The notes: generated by a model not told the origin, from the letters alone. A stretch of DNA of 64,000 nt from an uncultured Chloroflexia bacterium (GCA_963746845.1 CAVVCZ010000006.1:288001-352000), one strand, 5' to 3'; shown: positions 1-13,283, counted from the first letter of the stretch. Numbers and translations are program-made.

Positions 1-760
1 CCGGCGCCTCCATGACGTGGAGGAGGCCATCGCTGAAGACCTCCTCGATCACCGTCGCATCGTAGTCCCGGATCGCGGCGATCACCCGCTCGCCGACCCG
101 CCGGACGAGGGCCCCGATCGGGCCGTCGCCGTCGATCCGCGCGAGCGCCCGCTCGGCGTCGGTCGCGGTCCGGCCGGCCATCAGCTCGTCGAGGATCACG
201 GCGGCCCGGGTCAGGGCCCCCTGCTCCACGGGCGCCGGGAGAGTCACGAGGACCTGCCGAAGGGCGCCCTCGCGGAACACGATGATCAGGCTGGCGAGCC
301 GGTCGCTGATCGAGACGATGTCGATCCGCCGGACGTGTGCGGCACGTGGCTTGGCCGCGGTCGCGAGACCCGCGACGCGGTTCGTCGCGGCGAGCGTCGT
401 CGCGGCGAGACGGAACCACTGCTCCGAGGCGTGCTGGACCTGGCCGAACTGGTGCCGGATCATCAGCTGCTCGACTGCCGGGAGCTGGCTCGAGTCGGAG
501 ATCGACTCGACGAAGTAGCGATACCCGCCGTCGGTCGGGATCCGGCCGGCGCTCGTGTGCGGGTGGGTCAGGAGCCCGGCACTCTCGAGGTCGGCGAGGA
601 TGTTCCGGACCGTTGCGCTGGACACGCCAAGGCCGTAGCGATCGACGAGCGCCTGGGACGCGACCGGTGTCGCGGTCGCCACGTATTCCTCGATGACGGC
701 TCGCAGGATCGACTCCGAACGAGGATCCAGCGAACCGGTGGTGCGGGGACGTCGCGCCAC
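1..760 (-). CDS. hrcA: Heat-inducible transcription repressor HrcA (3' end runs off the window)
   Basis: Manual translation from GTG at 760: VARRPRTTGSLDPRSESILRAVIEEYVATATPVASQAL...SSATVRNILADLESAGLLTHPHTSAGRIPTDGGYRYFVE, the HrcA signature. CIRCE lies directly upstream. Not in the ORF track because it lacks a stop. Confidence 0.95.
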   Translation of the reverse strand, partial: MARRPRTTGSLDPRSESILRAVIEEYVATATPVASQALVDRYGLGVSSATVRNILADLESAGLLTHPHTSAGRIPTDGGYRYFVESISDSSQLPAVEQLMIRHQFGQVQHASEQWFRLAATTLAATNRVAGLATAAKPRAAHVRRIDIVSISDRLASLIIVFREGALRQVLVTLPAPVEQGALTRAAVILDELMAGRTATDAERALARIDGDGPIGALVRRVGERVIAAIRDYDATVIEEVFSDGLLHVMEAP

Positions 761-809
761 GGGTGCCTCGTGGTGTGGGCCGAGCGGATCGCCGGCCGTG
801 CTCGCGGAG

Positions 810-836
810 TTAGCACTCTGGTGCGTTGAGTGCTAA
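810..836. promoter_or_regulatory. CIRCE element (HrcA operator)
   Basis: Perfect TTAGCACTC-N9(tggtgcgtt)-GAGTGCTAA. Confidence 0.97.
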
Positions 837-839
837 CGA

Positions 840-869
840 ACTCTAGCAGTCGAGCCGGGGGAGTGTCAA
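840..869 (-). promoter_or_regulatory. sigmaA-type promoter of hrcA
   Basis: Minus strand TTGACA-18 nt-TAGAGT with extended TGn, immediately upstream of CIRCE. Confidence 0.8.
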
Positions 870-915
870 CGGGTGGCGGGTGGATTCGCAGGCGGAAGTC
901 GGACGGGATCCGGCC

Positions 916-2163
916 TCAGACGAGGCGCGAGAACACCTCGTTCGACAGCAGCCGGCCACGCGTCGTGAGCACGATCCGGTCGTGCTCGTCGATCGTCAGG
1001 AGCTCCGCGGCAAGCGCCCACCCGAAGATGTCGGCGAGCGGCGCCTCGGTCGCAGCCGAGCGCGGCAGGCCTCGGTCCGTGCGGAGCCCGAGGATCGCCG
1101 TCTCGGCCGCCGCGGTCTCGGGGTCGAGCGTCTCGGAGCCGCCCGGCGGGAGGGCCGGCGCGCGTCCGGAGCCGGGCGGAGGCGTCAACGCGTCGACGTA
1201 GCGTCGGAGGTTGGCCGCGTTCCAGCGGCGCGATACGCCGTCGAAGGCATGGGCGCCGGGCCCGACGGCCTCGTACGGCCGCCGTTCCCAGTAGGCGAGA
1301 TTGTGCCGGCTCTCATGGCCGGGCGTCGCCCAGTTGCTGATCTCGTAGCCGCGCCAGCCGTCCTCACTCAGCCGGTGGACCGCGTGGTGGTACTGGGCCG
1401 CCGCCCGGTCCTCGTCCTGCTCGACGAGCGCGGCGTCCCGCCAGCGACGGGCGCCACGCGGTGTCGGGAGATGGTCGCCACCCGGGCCGGTCAGCCCCTC
1501 GGCATCGGGATCGTCCAGTGTCAGGGCGTACAGCGATAGATGGTCGGGCCCGATCTCCAGCGCCGCGTCGAGCGTGTCGATCCAGGTCACCAGGCTCCCG
1601 GCGGGGATGTCGTACAGCAGGTCCAGGTTGATCGAGCCGATCCCGGCGGCCCGGGCCCCGTCGACGGCATCGGCGACATCCCCGGGCCGGTGCCGGCGAC
1701 CGAGACGCCGGAGCTGGGCGCGATCCAGGCTCTGCGCCCCGTACGAGATCCGGTTGATTCCGGCGGCCACGATCGCGAACGGATCGCCACGCTCGTCGGG
1801 CCCCGGGTTGGCTTCGATCGTCAGCTCGGCGTCAGCGGCGACGCCGAACCGATCCCGGATCAGCGCGACGAGCTCGCCGAGAACGTCGGCGGGGAGCAGG
1901 CTCGGCGTGCCGCCGCCGAGATAGACCGTGTCCAGGGCCGGTCGGCGGGGCGATCCCGGTGCCCCGAACGCCGCGTCCAGCGCATCGGCACGCAGCCCCA
2001 GCTCGGCGCGCAGCGCGGCCGCGAACGCCGCGATCCGGTTCGACGGTCCACGCGCGGCCGCACCCGCCACGACAACGAAGTCGCAGTACGGACAGAGCGA
2101 GACGCAGAACGGGACGTGGACGTACAGCCCGATGGGGGGTCGTGGGACCGGGCCGTCGCTCAC
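916..2163 (-). CDS. hemW: Radical SAM heme chaperone HemW (HemN-like)
   Basis: GLYVHVPFCVSLCPYCDF (CxxxCxxC), YLGGGTPS, YEISNW, HNLAYW. GTG at 2163 overlaps the upstream stop (GTGA); the longer track ORF is an N-terminal over-extension. Confidence 0.9.
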   Translation of the reverse strand: MSDGPVPRPPIGLYVHVPFCVSLCPYCDFVVVAGAAARGPSNRIAAFAAALRAELGLRADALDAAFGAPGSPRRPALDTVYLGGGTPSLLPADVLGELVALIRDRFGVAADAELTIEANPGPDERGDPFAIVAAGINRISYGAQSLDRAQLRRLGRRHRPGDVADAVDGARAAGIGSINLDLLYDIPAGSLVTWIDTLDAALEIGPDHLSLYALTLDDPDAEGLTGPGGDHLPTPRGARRWRDAALVEQDEDRAAAQYHHAVHRLSEDGWRGYEISNWATPGHESRHNLAYWERRPYEAVGPGAHAFDGVSRRWNAANLRRYVDALTPPPGSGRAPALPPGGSETLDPETAAAETAILGLRTDRGLPRSAATEAPLADIFGWALAAELLTIDEHDRIVLTTRGRLLSNEVFSRLV

Positions 2164-2927
2164 CGGTCTCGCGAGGCGGGCTCCCGCGGCCCGATGACGT
2201 GCCAGCCCTTCGGTGGACGGCGCTTCGCCTCGAGCTCCTCGACCTCTCGACCGCGAGGCAGGAACTGGCCGGCATGGCCGGTCGCCAGGAAGACGGAGAA
2301 CCGGGTGATCGCGTGGCCCAGGAAGGCGGCGGCGATGCCGCCCGTCACCGCGGTGACCCAGCCGCCGGCGAGACCGATCCCGAGGGCCATCAGGAGCAGC
2401 CAGCGGTTCCGCCCGGGAGCCCCGAGCCGCGTCGCGAGTGCGTAGAGGAGCGCCTGGATGACGTTCGCCGCGGTCGGGTCGATGCCGGTCATCAGGAGCA
2501 GCCCGAACACCGCGCCGCGGAACGCGACCTCGTCGATGATCGCGGTGACGACCGCGTTGAGCAGGGCGCCCGGATAGGACCACACATCCGGGAACCGGAG
2601 CCGGTGATAGCGGTAGAGCGCCACACCCATCGCGATCGCCGTGCCGATCGTCCCGTACAGCAGCCCGAAGAAGATCGTCTTCTGCCGGTCGCCCGGCCCC
2701 AGAGCGAAGTCGCTCTGGGGCGACGGGTGGACGATGTAGATCCCGGCCACGAGGGCCAGCCCGATCGCGTACCACGCAGTCCGGCGGCGGAACGACGGCG
2801 CCCGCCCGTCGACGGTGTCGTCGTACTCGGCGGCGCTGAAGTGGGCGGCCTCGAGCCGCAGCATGATCAGGAGCAGCGCGAGCCCGGCCGCCATCAGCAT
2901 CCGGATCGTCGGGATCCACTCCTCCAT
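2160..2927 (-). CDS. CPBP (Abi/CAAX) family intramembrane protease-like protein
   Basis: Multi-TM protein with IIDEVAFRG motif and AAFLGHAITR. Confidence 0.75.
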   Translation of the reverse strand: MEEWIPTIRMLMAAGLALLLIMLRLEAAHFSAAEYDDTVDGRAPSFRRRTAWYAIGLALVAGIYIVHPSPQSDFALGPGDRQKTIFFGLLYGTIGTAIAMGVALYRYHRLRFPDVWSYPGALLNAVVTAIIDEVAFRGAVFGLLLMTGIDPTAANVIQALLYALATRLGAPGRNRWLLLMALGIGLAGGWVTAVTGGIAAAFLGHAITRFSVFLATGHAGQFLPRGREVEELEAKRRPPKGWHVIGPREPASRDR

Positions 2928-2968
2928 CGGTCAGCGCGCCCGGTCAGCGGGGTTGCAGCGCGACCCGT

Positions 2969-4780
2969 TCAGCTCTCGCCCATCCGGAGCATCGCGAGGA
3001 ATGCCTCCTGCGGGATCTCGACCGACCCGACCCGCTTCATCCGCTGCTTGCCCTCTTTCTGCTTCTCGAGCAGCTTCCGCTTCCGGGTGATGTCGCCACC
3101 GTAGCACTTGGCCAGCACGTTCTTGCGCATGGCACGGACGGTTTCGCGGGCAATGACGTTACTGCCGATCGAGGCCTGGATCGGAATCTCGAACATCTGG
3201 CGGGGGATCAGCTCCTTCAACCGCTCGGTCAGACCGCGCCCGACGGACTGGGCCTTGTCGCGGTGGACGATCAGCGACAACGCGTCGACGGGCTCGCCGT
3301 TGACGAGGATGTCGACCTTCGCGAGGTTCGCGGCCCGGTAGCCGAGCTCCTCGTAGTCCATCGACGCGTAACCCTGGCTGCGGCTCTTCAGCTGGTCGAA
3401 GTAGTCGACGATCAGCTCGGCCAGCGGCATCTCGAAGTGGAGGACGACCCGCGTCGGGTCGAGGTACTCCATGTTCTGGAACAGCCCGCGCCGGTTCGTG
3501 GAGAGCTCCATCAGCGAGCCGATGTAGTTCGATGGAGTCACGACGCTGAGCTTCACCCACGGCTCCTCGAGGGTCTCGATGTCGGACGGGTTCGGGAGCA
3601 GCGACGGGTTGTCGATCGCGATCTCGCCGCGGCCATGGAGCAGCTGGACGTGGTACTCCACCGAGGGCGCGGATGCGATGAGGTCGAGGTTGAACTCGCG
3701 CTCGAGGCGCTCCTGGACGATCTCCATGTGGAGCAGCCCGAGGAACCCGCAGCGGAACCCGAAGCCGAGCGCCACCGAGCTCTCCGGCTCGTAGGTGAAG
3801 CTCGCGTCGTTGAGGTGGAGCTTCTCGAGCGCCTCGCGGAGGAGCGGGTAGTCCTCGCCCGAGACCGGGTAGATCCCCGCGAACACGAGGCTCTTCGCCG
3901 GCTGGTAGCCCGGCAGCGGCTCCGTCGCGGGCCGGGCGACCGTCGTGACCGTGTCGCCGACCTGGGCGTCGCGGACGCTCTTGAGCCCGGTCGCGATGTA
4001 GCCGACCTCGCCGGCGGTCAGCTGCTTGACCGGAACGAGCTGCGGCCGGAACACGCCGAGCTCCAGCGGCTCCGCGGTCGCGTCGGAGCCCATCAGCCGG
4101 ATCTCGTCGTGCTGACGGAGGGTGCCGGCCGCCAGCCGGACGTAGACGACGACGCCCTTGTAGGCGTCGTAGTGGCTGTCGAAGATCAGGCCCTGGAGCG
4201 GCTTCGCCGGGTCGCCCTTCGGCGCCGGGATCCGCGCGACGATCGCCTCGAGGATGTCGGCGACGCCGGTGCCGTCCTTCGCGCTCGCGAGGATCACCTC
4301 CTCGCGCGGGATCGCGAGGACGTTCTCGAGCTCGTCCATGATCGTCTCGGGGTCGGCCGAGGGCAGGTCGATCTTGTTCAGGACCGGGATCAGGGTCAGC
4401 CCCTCACGCAGCGCGAGGTGGACGTTGGCGAGCGTCTGGGCCTCGATCCCCTGGGTCGCGTCGACGACGAGGATCGCGCCCTCGCAGGCCTGAAGGCTAT
4501 GGCTGACCTCGTAGGCGAAGTCGACATGGCCGGGCGTGTCGATGAGGTTCAGGCCGTAGATCAGACCGTCGCGCGCCTGGTATTCGAGGCGGACCGCGCG
4601 GGCCTTGATCGTGATGCCCTTCTCGCGCTCGAGGTCCATCGAGTCGAGGACCTGGCTCATCATCTGCCGGCCCTCGACCGTATGCGTCAGCTCGAGGAGC
4701 CGGTCGGCGAGGGTCGACTTGCCGTGATCGATGTGGGCGATGATCGAGAAGTTGCGAAGACGATCCTGAGGGATGGCCAC
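2969..4780 (-). CDS. lepA: Translation elongation factor 4 (LepA)
   Basis: [48 protein letters not shown]; GTG start at 4780. Confidence 0.98.
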   Translation of the reverse strand: MAIPQDRLRNFSIIAHIDHGKSTLADRLLELTHTVEGRQMMSQVLDSMDLEREKGITIKARAVRLEYQARDGLIYGLNLIDTPGHVDFAYEVSHSLQACEGAILVVDATQGIEAQTLANVHLALREGLTLIPVLNKIDLPSADPETIMDELENVLAIPREEVILASAKDGTGVADILEAIVARIPAPKGDPAKPLQGLIFDSHYDAYKGVVVYVRLAAGTLRQHDEIRLMGSDATAEPLELGVFRPQLVPVKQLTAGEVGYIATGLKSVRDAQVGDTVTTVARPATEPLPGYQPAKSLVFAGIYPVSGEDYPLLREALEKLHLNDASFTYEPESSVALGFGFRCGFLGLLHMEIVQERLEREFNLDLIASAPSVEYHVQLLHGRGEIAIDNPSLLPNPSDIETLEEPWVKLSVVTPSNYIGSLMELSTNRRGLFQNMEYLDPTRVVLHFEMPLAELIVDYFDQLKSRSQGYASMDYEELGYRAANLAKVDILVNGEPVDALSLIVHRDKAQSVGRGLTERLKELIPRQMFEIPIQASIGSNVIARETVRAMRKNVLAKCYGGDITRKRKLLEKQKEGKQRMKRVGSVEIPQEAFLAMLRMGES

Positions 4781-4868
4781 GACGCGGGAGTGTAGCCCAC
4801 CATGCTGCCTGGGCAGCCACGTTCTGTCAGGTCGCGGCCCGGTGCCATCTGACGCGAGGAGGGCGATC

Positions 4869-5219
4869 ATGGAGGTTCATCTCGGAGTCGTCGTGTCGAA
4901 CGTCGCGACCGATGATTGGCAGCCCGACCCTGAAACGGGCGGTGAGATGCACGTGCTGTTCGAAGGCGAAGGGGCATACGTCGGCATGTCGCGCTTCCTG
5001 GACGTCGCGGAAGTGGGCCCGTTGACCCTGCCGGCCAGGGAGTCGTTCTTGATCCTCGAGGGTGCAGCGCGCATCGAGATCGCCGGCAGGCCCACGCTGG
5101 AGCTGAACGTCGGCGACATGGCCTCGATCCCGGAGGGTGCCTCTGTCACGTGGCACCTCACGCTGCCCTTCAAGGAAGTGTGGTTCTTTGGCAGCGCCTA
5201 CGAGATGGCCGCGGACTAG
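4869..5219 (+). CDS. Cupin domain protein (cupin_3/EutQ-like)
   Basis: [13 protein letters not shown]...[17 protein letters not shown] cupin pattern. Confidence 0.7.
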   Translation: MEVHLGVVVSNVATDDWQPDPETGGEMHVLFEGEGAYVGMSRFLDVAEVGPLTLPARESFLILEGAARIEIAGRPTLELNVGDMASIPEGASVTWHLTLPFKEVWFFGSAYEMAAD

Positions 5220-5237
5220 CGACACGATCAACCGGAG

Positions 5238-6008
5238 ATGCGACAAGTGGCGACATCCGACGGGATCCGGCTCCACGCCCTCGACGGTGGCACCGTCCGG
5301 GCGACCGGCGACGACGCGACCGCGATGTCCGACGACGGCGCCTACAGAGGCCGGACCCTCGACATGCCGGTTCCGTGCTTCCTGATCCGACATCCCCGGG
5401 GCGACCTGATGTGGGAGACGGGCATGTCGCGGACCCGGACCGACCTCGGCGAATGGGCGACGCCCGGCGTGAGCCTCGTCGACCAGTTACGGGTGCTCGG
5501 CGTGGCACCGACGGACATCCGCTTCCTGGCGCTGTCGCATGGCCATTGGGACCACTCGGGCAACGCCGGACTGTTCGCGAGCTCGACCTGGCTCGTCGAT
5601 GCGATCGAACGTCGGTGCATGTTCGACGACGAGAACCGCGCCTCGCCGTCGATGGACGACTACGGTGCGCTCGAGACGTCGACGACGCGCCTGATCGGCG
5701 ACGACCACGATGTCTTCGGCGACGGGTCGGTCGTGATCATCCGCGCGCCCGGCCACACGCCGGGCCACACGGTGCTGCTGGTACGTCTGGCGCGCGCCGG
5801 GCCGATCCTCCTGACCGGCGACCTGTGGCACGTGACCGAGAGCCGGGTGCACCGACGCGTCCCGGTCTTCAACACGGATCGTGCCCAGACCCTCGCCTCG
5901 ATGGACCGGATCGAGGCGCTTGCGGCCGCGATCGGCGCTCGCGTGGTCATCCAGCACGATCGCGGGGACTACGAATCCCTACGGCGCCTCGCGACGGGCC
6001 TGCGGTAG
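5238..6008 (+). CDS. N-acyl homoserine lactonase-family metallo-beta-lactamase
   Basis: HGHWDH, PGHTPGH, LTGD and QHD metal ligands. Confidence 0.8.
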   Translation: MRQVATSDGIRLHALDGGTVRATGDDATAMSDDGAYRGRTLDMPVPCFLIRHPRGDLMWETGMSRTRTDLGEWATPGVSLVDQLRVLGVAPTDIRFLALSHGHWDHSGNAGLFASSTWLVDAIERRCMFDDENRASPSMDDYGALETSTTRLIGDDHDVFGDGSVVIIRAPGHTPGHTVLLVRLARAGPILLTGDLWHVTESRVHRRVPVFNTDRAQTLASMDRIEALAAAIGARVVIQHDRGDYESLRRLATGLR

Positions 6009-6401
6009 GGAGCTCGCGGCCGGCCCGGCCGACGTGGTGGCCTCGCGGCGATCGAGGTAGTAGCTCGTCCCGGTCAGGGCGACGCCGAACAGCACGACCG
6101 CCAGGACCACAGCGAAGAACGGGTCACCCGTCGTGAGGAACAGGGCGAGGAGCCCGAAGCTCAGGACCGAGCGGACGACAAGGGTCGTGGTGTAGAGGAC
6201 CTCGACGTGGTGTCGGATGATCTGGACGATCAGGATCCCGAGCGCGAGCAGCACGAGGCCCGCGAGCCGCAGCGCAGCCTCCTCGTACGTGTGGTTGGAC
6301 TGGAGCAGCTTCGTCGCGAACGTCGGGACGAAGAGCAGGAGAAGCCCCGACGGGATGACGTATCCGGCCAGGTAGTACAGGCTCAGGTGGGTCCGACGCA
6401 T
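5979..6401 (-). CDS. Four-TM hypothetical membrane protein
   Basis: ATG at 6401 after GAAAGGGAG RBS; four hydrophobic segments; divergent from an HxlR regulator. Confidence 0.7.
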   Translation of the reverse strand: MRRTHLSLYYLAGYVIPSGLLLLFVPTFATKLLQSNHTYEEAALRLAGLVLLALGILIVQIIRHHVEVLYTTTLVVRSVLSFGLLALFLTTGDPFFAVVLAVVLFGVALTGTSYYLDRREATTSAGPAASSLPQARREAP

Positions 6402-6514
6402 GGCTGGCTCCCTTTCCGTGCGCCCGGCGGCGGAGGCCCGCCGGGCAGTCCGTTGCGTGACGCTACGGACTCTACGCGAGTGCGTTTCTTGATGCAACGG
6501 GGTAGATTCCGGCC

Positions 6515-6964
6515 ATGCGCCGGACCAGCCTCGCCGACTTCCACTGCTCCGTGGCCCGGACCGTCGACGTCATCGGGGAGTGGTGGACGCCGCTGATCGT
6601 CCGGGACGCGTTCTACGGGCGACGCCGCTTCGAGGACTTCCAGCGCAGCCTGGGGCTCGCCCGGAACGTCCTCGCGGCCCGGCTCGACCGGCTCGTGGAG
6701 TCCGGGATCATGGAGCGCCGGCGCTACCAGGACCGGCCGCCGCGTGACGAGTACGTCCTCACCGAGAAGGGACGCGACCTCTTCCCGGTCATCGCCGCGA
6801 TGCTCGCCTGGGGCGACCGATGGACCGCCGGCGAGGCCGGCCCGCCGCTCCTGCTCGTCCACGAGCCGTGCGGCGAGCCGGGAACGCTCCGAGCCGTGTG
6901 CGACCACTGCGGCGAGCCGCTGACCCTGGACACGATCCGCCCGCAGCCCGGCCCGGGCGCCTGA
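6515..6964 (+). CDS. HxlR-family winged-helix transcriptional regulator
   Basis: CSVARTVDVIGEWWTPLIVRDA...RRFEDFQ...EYVLTEKGRDL...WGD. Confidence 0.9.
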   Translation: MRRTSLADFHCSVARTVDVIGEWWTPLIVRDAFYGRRRFEDFQRSLGLARNVLAARLDRLVESGIMERRRYQDRPPRDEYVLTEKGRDLFPVIAAMLAWGDRWTAGEAGPPLLLVHEPCGEPGTLRAVCDHCGEPLTLDTIRPQPGPGA

Positions 6965-7087
6965 GACGGGTCGCTTCGGCGCCGTCGCGGTGGTCAGAAA
7001 CCGTGGCCACCTGCTACCATGCGCGTTCGTGCTCGGCCCCTTCCCGCCGTGCCGTGTCCACGACACCCTTCTGAGAGGTTCGACCCC

Positions 7088-7720
7088 TTGGCCAAGACGC
7101 CCCGCACCTGGACGGGCGCCCGAACGCCGTCGGGACTGAAGCGCGTCCGTCAGGCCGAGCGCCGGCGCGACATCCTTCAGCCGAGGCGGAGCGCCGCAAA
7201 GACCTACGTCGCCACCGCCCTGAGCGTTGCGACCCACGACACCGATCCGGAGGTCGCCGCGAAGGCACTCTCGGACGCCCACGCCGCGCTCGATCGCGCG
7301 GCGAAGGTCGGTGCCATCCACCCGAACGCTGCCGCGCGGCGCAAGTCGCGCCTGACGATCAAGTTCAACGCCGCGACCGGTGGCGCCACGGTCCAGACCT
7401 CGAGCCGCGTCGTGAAGACGACCTCGAAGGCCCAGGCCCAGAAGGCGGCCAAGACCCGGATCGCGCTCGGCAAGGCGAACAAGGCGAAGGGCGCCCAGAC
7501 GGCGGCCGGCAAGGCCCGCGCCGCGGTCTCGAAGTCCGCCCGCACGGAGGCCGCCGCGGCCGCGGCGGTGGCCGTCGAAGTGGCCGAGCCGACGACGGCC
7601 AAGGCCGCGCCGAAGGCGAGCTCGACGAAGAAGGCCCCGGCAAAGGCGACCGCGACGAAGGCGGCCCCGAAGGCCACGGCGAAGAAGGCACCCGCGAAGA
7701 AGACCGCCGCGAAGAGCTGA
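7088..7720 (+). CDS. rpsT: 30S ribosomal protein S20 with long Lys/Ala-rich C-terminal extension
   Basis: SGLKRVRQAERRR...LDRAAKVGAIHPNAAARRKSRL S20 motif; TTG start at 7088 after GAGG. Confidence 0.9.
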   Translation: MAKTPRTWTGARTPSGLKRVRQAERRRDILQPRRSAAKTYVATALSVATHDTDPEVAAKALSDAHAALDRAAKVGAIHPNAAARRKSRLTIKFNAATGGATVQTSSRVVKTTSKAQAQKAAKTRIALGKANKAKGAQTAAGKARAAVSKSARTEAAAAAAVAVEVAEPTTAKAAPKASSTKKAPAKATATKAAPKATAKKAPAKKTAAKS

Positions 7721-7742
7721 CGCTCGACGCGCCGCTCAGACG

Positions 7743-7772
7743 AACGCCCCGGATCCGATCCGGGGCGTTTCT
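7743..7772 (+). terminator. Intrinsic terminator after rpsT
   Basis: aacgccccggatc-c-gatccggggcgtt hairpin followed by tctcgt. Confidence 0.75.
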
Positions 7773-7799
7773 CGTGGCCGGCGCGACCGTTGCTCGCGA

Positions 7800-8000
7800 T
7801 CAGTGCGGGACGCTGCACACGAACTGGGCAGCGATCGGCCCGGCGACCACCGCGGCGGCATGGACGACGTGGACGGCGGCGAACCCGGCCACGGAGCCGC
7901 CCGCCAGGATCGCCGCCAGCGGGCGACGCACCCGGGAGGCCGCCCGTCGGCCTCGACCCACCGCGCTTCGCGGATCCGGTCCGACGACAAACTCGTCCAT
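7800..8000 (-). CDS. Small hypothetical protein with one hydrophobic segment (66 aa)
   Basis: MDEFVVGPDP...LAAILAGGSVAGFAAVHVVHAAAVVAG; TAGACT -10 lies 7 nt before the ATG (leaderless geometry). Confidence 0.5.
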   Translation of the reverse strand: MDEFVVGPDPRSAVGRGRRAASRVRRPLAAILAGGSVAGFAAVHVVHAAAVVAGPIAAQFVCSVPH

Positions 8001-8046
8001 CAGCTGAAGTCTAGCGAGTCCATCGTCCCTTGCGGTTGTCGACGGC

Positions 8047-8598
8047 ATGGGCGATCCTCGCGGCGTGCTGTCTGCCGGGCCCACCGGGCGTTCGACGGTG
8101 CCGCTGCTCGTGGCGCCGCTGCTCGTGGTCGCGGCGATCGCCCTCCTGAAGATCTCGAACGAGCTCCTCTCCATCGGCCCGTTCGACCGGGCACAGTTCG
8201 GCTGGCTGATCCCGATCCCGATGCTGCTGCTCGCCCCCGCGGTCGCCGGCCTGGCGGCGCGCGCGACCGGCGAGCGACGGGCGATGGCTGCCCTCATCGC
8301 CCTGTCAGCCGCCCTCGGCGGCTTCGTGACGGTACTCATCGCGTCGTCGACCCGGCAGATCGGCTGCACGCCGATCGAGGGCGCCTGGGGCGCACTCGTG
8401 CCCGCGGCGTTCATCGGATTCACGGGCGGTCTCGGCTTCGCGGCCGCGGGAATCGTGGCGCTCCGCCTGCGGGAGCGGCCGCTCGTCGCCCTCCTCGGCA
8501 GCGCTGCCACCGCGGTCATCGCCGGAGCGCTCACCCTCATCGTGTTCGGAGCGGTGTTCGCGGCCGGCACCTGCGTGCCGCTGCCCACGCCGGGCTGA
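8047..8598 (+). CDS. Hypothetical multi-TM membrane protein
   Basis: About six hydrophobic segments, host-like GC3. Confidence 0.7.
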   Translation: MGDPRGVLSAGPTGRSTVPLLVAPLLVVAAIALLKISNELLSIGPFDRAQFGWLIPIPMLLLAPAVAGLAARATGERRAMAALIALSAALGGFVTVLIASSTRQIGCTPIEGAWGALVPAAFIGFTGGLGFAAAGIVALRLRERPLVALLGSAATAVIAGALTLIVFGAVFAAGTCVPLPTPG

Positions 8599-8603
8599 GT
8601 CCG

Positions 8604-11772
<3,169 letters not shown>

Positions 11773-11788
11773 CGGGCCGCCGCCGCGG

Positions 11789-12808
11789 TCAGGCCGCGAC
11801 CGGCAGGCGCGCGGCCACGAACCCGATCAGGTCGGCGACGCGGCAGCTGTAGCCCCACTCGTTGTCGTACCAGCTGATGACCTTCACCATCGTCCCGTCG
11901 AGGACCATGGTCGACTCGGCGTCGATGATCGAGGAGCGAGGATCGCCCCGGAAGTCGGTCGACACGAGCGGCTCGTCGCTCACCCCGAGGATGCCCTTGA
12001 GCGGGCCTTCGGCGGCCGCCCGGAACGCGGCGTTGAGCTCCTCGACGCTCGTCCGGCGGGAGACGTCGGCCGTGAAGTCGACGACGCTGACGGTCGGGGT
12101 CGGGACGCGCAGGCTGAACCCGTCGAACTTGCCTTTCAGGTCCGGGATGACGAGGGCGAGGGCCTTCGCCGCGCCGGTCGTCGTCGGGATGATGTTCTGG
12201 CCCGCCGCGCGTGCCCGGCGCGGGTCCTTGTGGGCGACGTCGAGGATCCGTTGGTCGTTCGTGTAGCTGTGGATCGTGTTCATCAGGCCGCGCTCGATCG
12301 TGAGCAGGTCGTGGACGACCTTGGCGGCCGGGGCGAGGCAGTTCGTCGTGCAGCTCGCGTTGCTGATGATGTGATGGGCGGTCGGGTCGTACTTGTCCTC
12401 GTTCACGCCGAGGACGATCGTGATGTCCTCGCCCTTGGCCGGGGCGCTGATGATCACCTTCTTCGCGCCGGCCGTGATGTGGGCCTTCGCCTTCTCGGCG
12501 TCCGTGAAGATCCCGGTGGACTCGAGGACGATGTCGACGCCGAGATCACCCCACGGCAGCGCCGCGGGATCCTTCTCCTTCAGGACCTTGATCTCGCGGC
12601 CGTCGATGATCAGGGCGTCGTCCGTGTGGTCGACCGTCCCCGGATAGGCGCCGTAGGTCGAGTCGTGCTTGAAGAGCAGGGCGTTGAGCGGCGTCTCGAC
12701 CAGGTCGTTCACGGCCACGATCTCGATGTCCGGCGTCCGCTCGATGAGCGCCTTGAGGGATTGGCGGCCGATCCGCCCGAAGCCGTTGATGCCGACACGC
12801 ACTGCCAT
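11789..12808 (-). CDS. gap: Glyceraldehyde-3-phosphate dehydrogenase (type I)
   Basis: [33 protein letters not shown]; ATG at 12808. Confidence 0.98.
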   Translation of the reverse strand: MAVRVGINGFGRIGRQSLKALIERTPDIEIVAVNDLVETPLNALLFKHDSTYGAYPGTVDHTDDALIIDGREIKVLKEKDPAALPWGDLGVDIVLESTGIFTDAEKAKAHITAGAKKVIISAPAKGEDITIVLGVNEDKYDPTAHHIISNASCTTNCLAPAAKVVHDLLTIERGLMNTIHSYTNDQRILDVAHKDPRRARAAGQNIIPTTTGAAKALALVIPDLKGKFDGFSLRVPTPTVSVVDFTADVSRRTSVEELNAAFRAAAEGPLKGILGVSDEPLVSTDFRGDPRSSIIDAESTMVLDGTMVKVISWYDNEWGYSCRVADLIGFVAARLPVAA

Positions 12809-13076
12809 CGTTGCCGTCCTCCGCGAGCGCGGGCGCCGATCGGCGCCGGTTGGTCCGTCATTGGGCCGGGGCATGGCGCGCAGCGGCGCGAACCCCTCGT
12901 CCGTGATGCTCCCATCGTACGACGTCGCGGGGCCAGAGCCGTTCGGCCCGAAGGTTCCGGGACCGTTGCGGATGGGTTGCGCCGCCGCAGACGGCGAGAC
13001 GGGCGATGCGAGCCGGGAATCGAACGGCCCCCGCCGTCACCGGCAGGGGCCGTCTCGGATCGAGTTCGGGTCGGCG

Positions 13077-13217
13077 TCAGCCGCCGATCTTGAAGACCTT
13101 GCCGCCGCACTTCGGGCAGGTGCCCTGGAGTGCCGGCTTGCCGTTCTTCATCGTGATCCGCGTCGGATTCACGACTTCGACCTTCATCTTGTCCTTGACG
13201 CAATAGGCTTCGGCCAT
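13077..13217 (-). CDS. DUF5679-like small Zn-ribbon basic protein (46 aa)
   Basis: Manual translation MAEAYCVKDKMKVEVVNPTRITMKNGKPALQGTCPKCGGKVFKIGG; strong GAGGAGGAG RBS; below the ORF-track cutoff. Confidence 0.85.
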   Translation of the reverse strand: MAEAYCVKDKMKVEVVNPTRITMKNGKPALQGTCPKCGGKVFKIGG

Positions 13218-13283
13218 GGAGCGGGCTCCTCCTCGGTTCGGCGTGGCGTCACGGAACGCTTGTCCCGTGTCCGCGTCTCGCGA

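Noticed and set aside
17-829. 270-aa + strand ORF and the many other long antisense or alternate-frame ORFs (e.g. 3263-4795, 19120-21453, 43250-45637, 59182-61224)
   Set aside because: Shadow ORFs of real genes, caused by stop-codon scarcity at very high GC; Arg/Pro/Gly-rich with no motifs.
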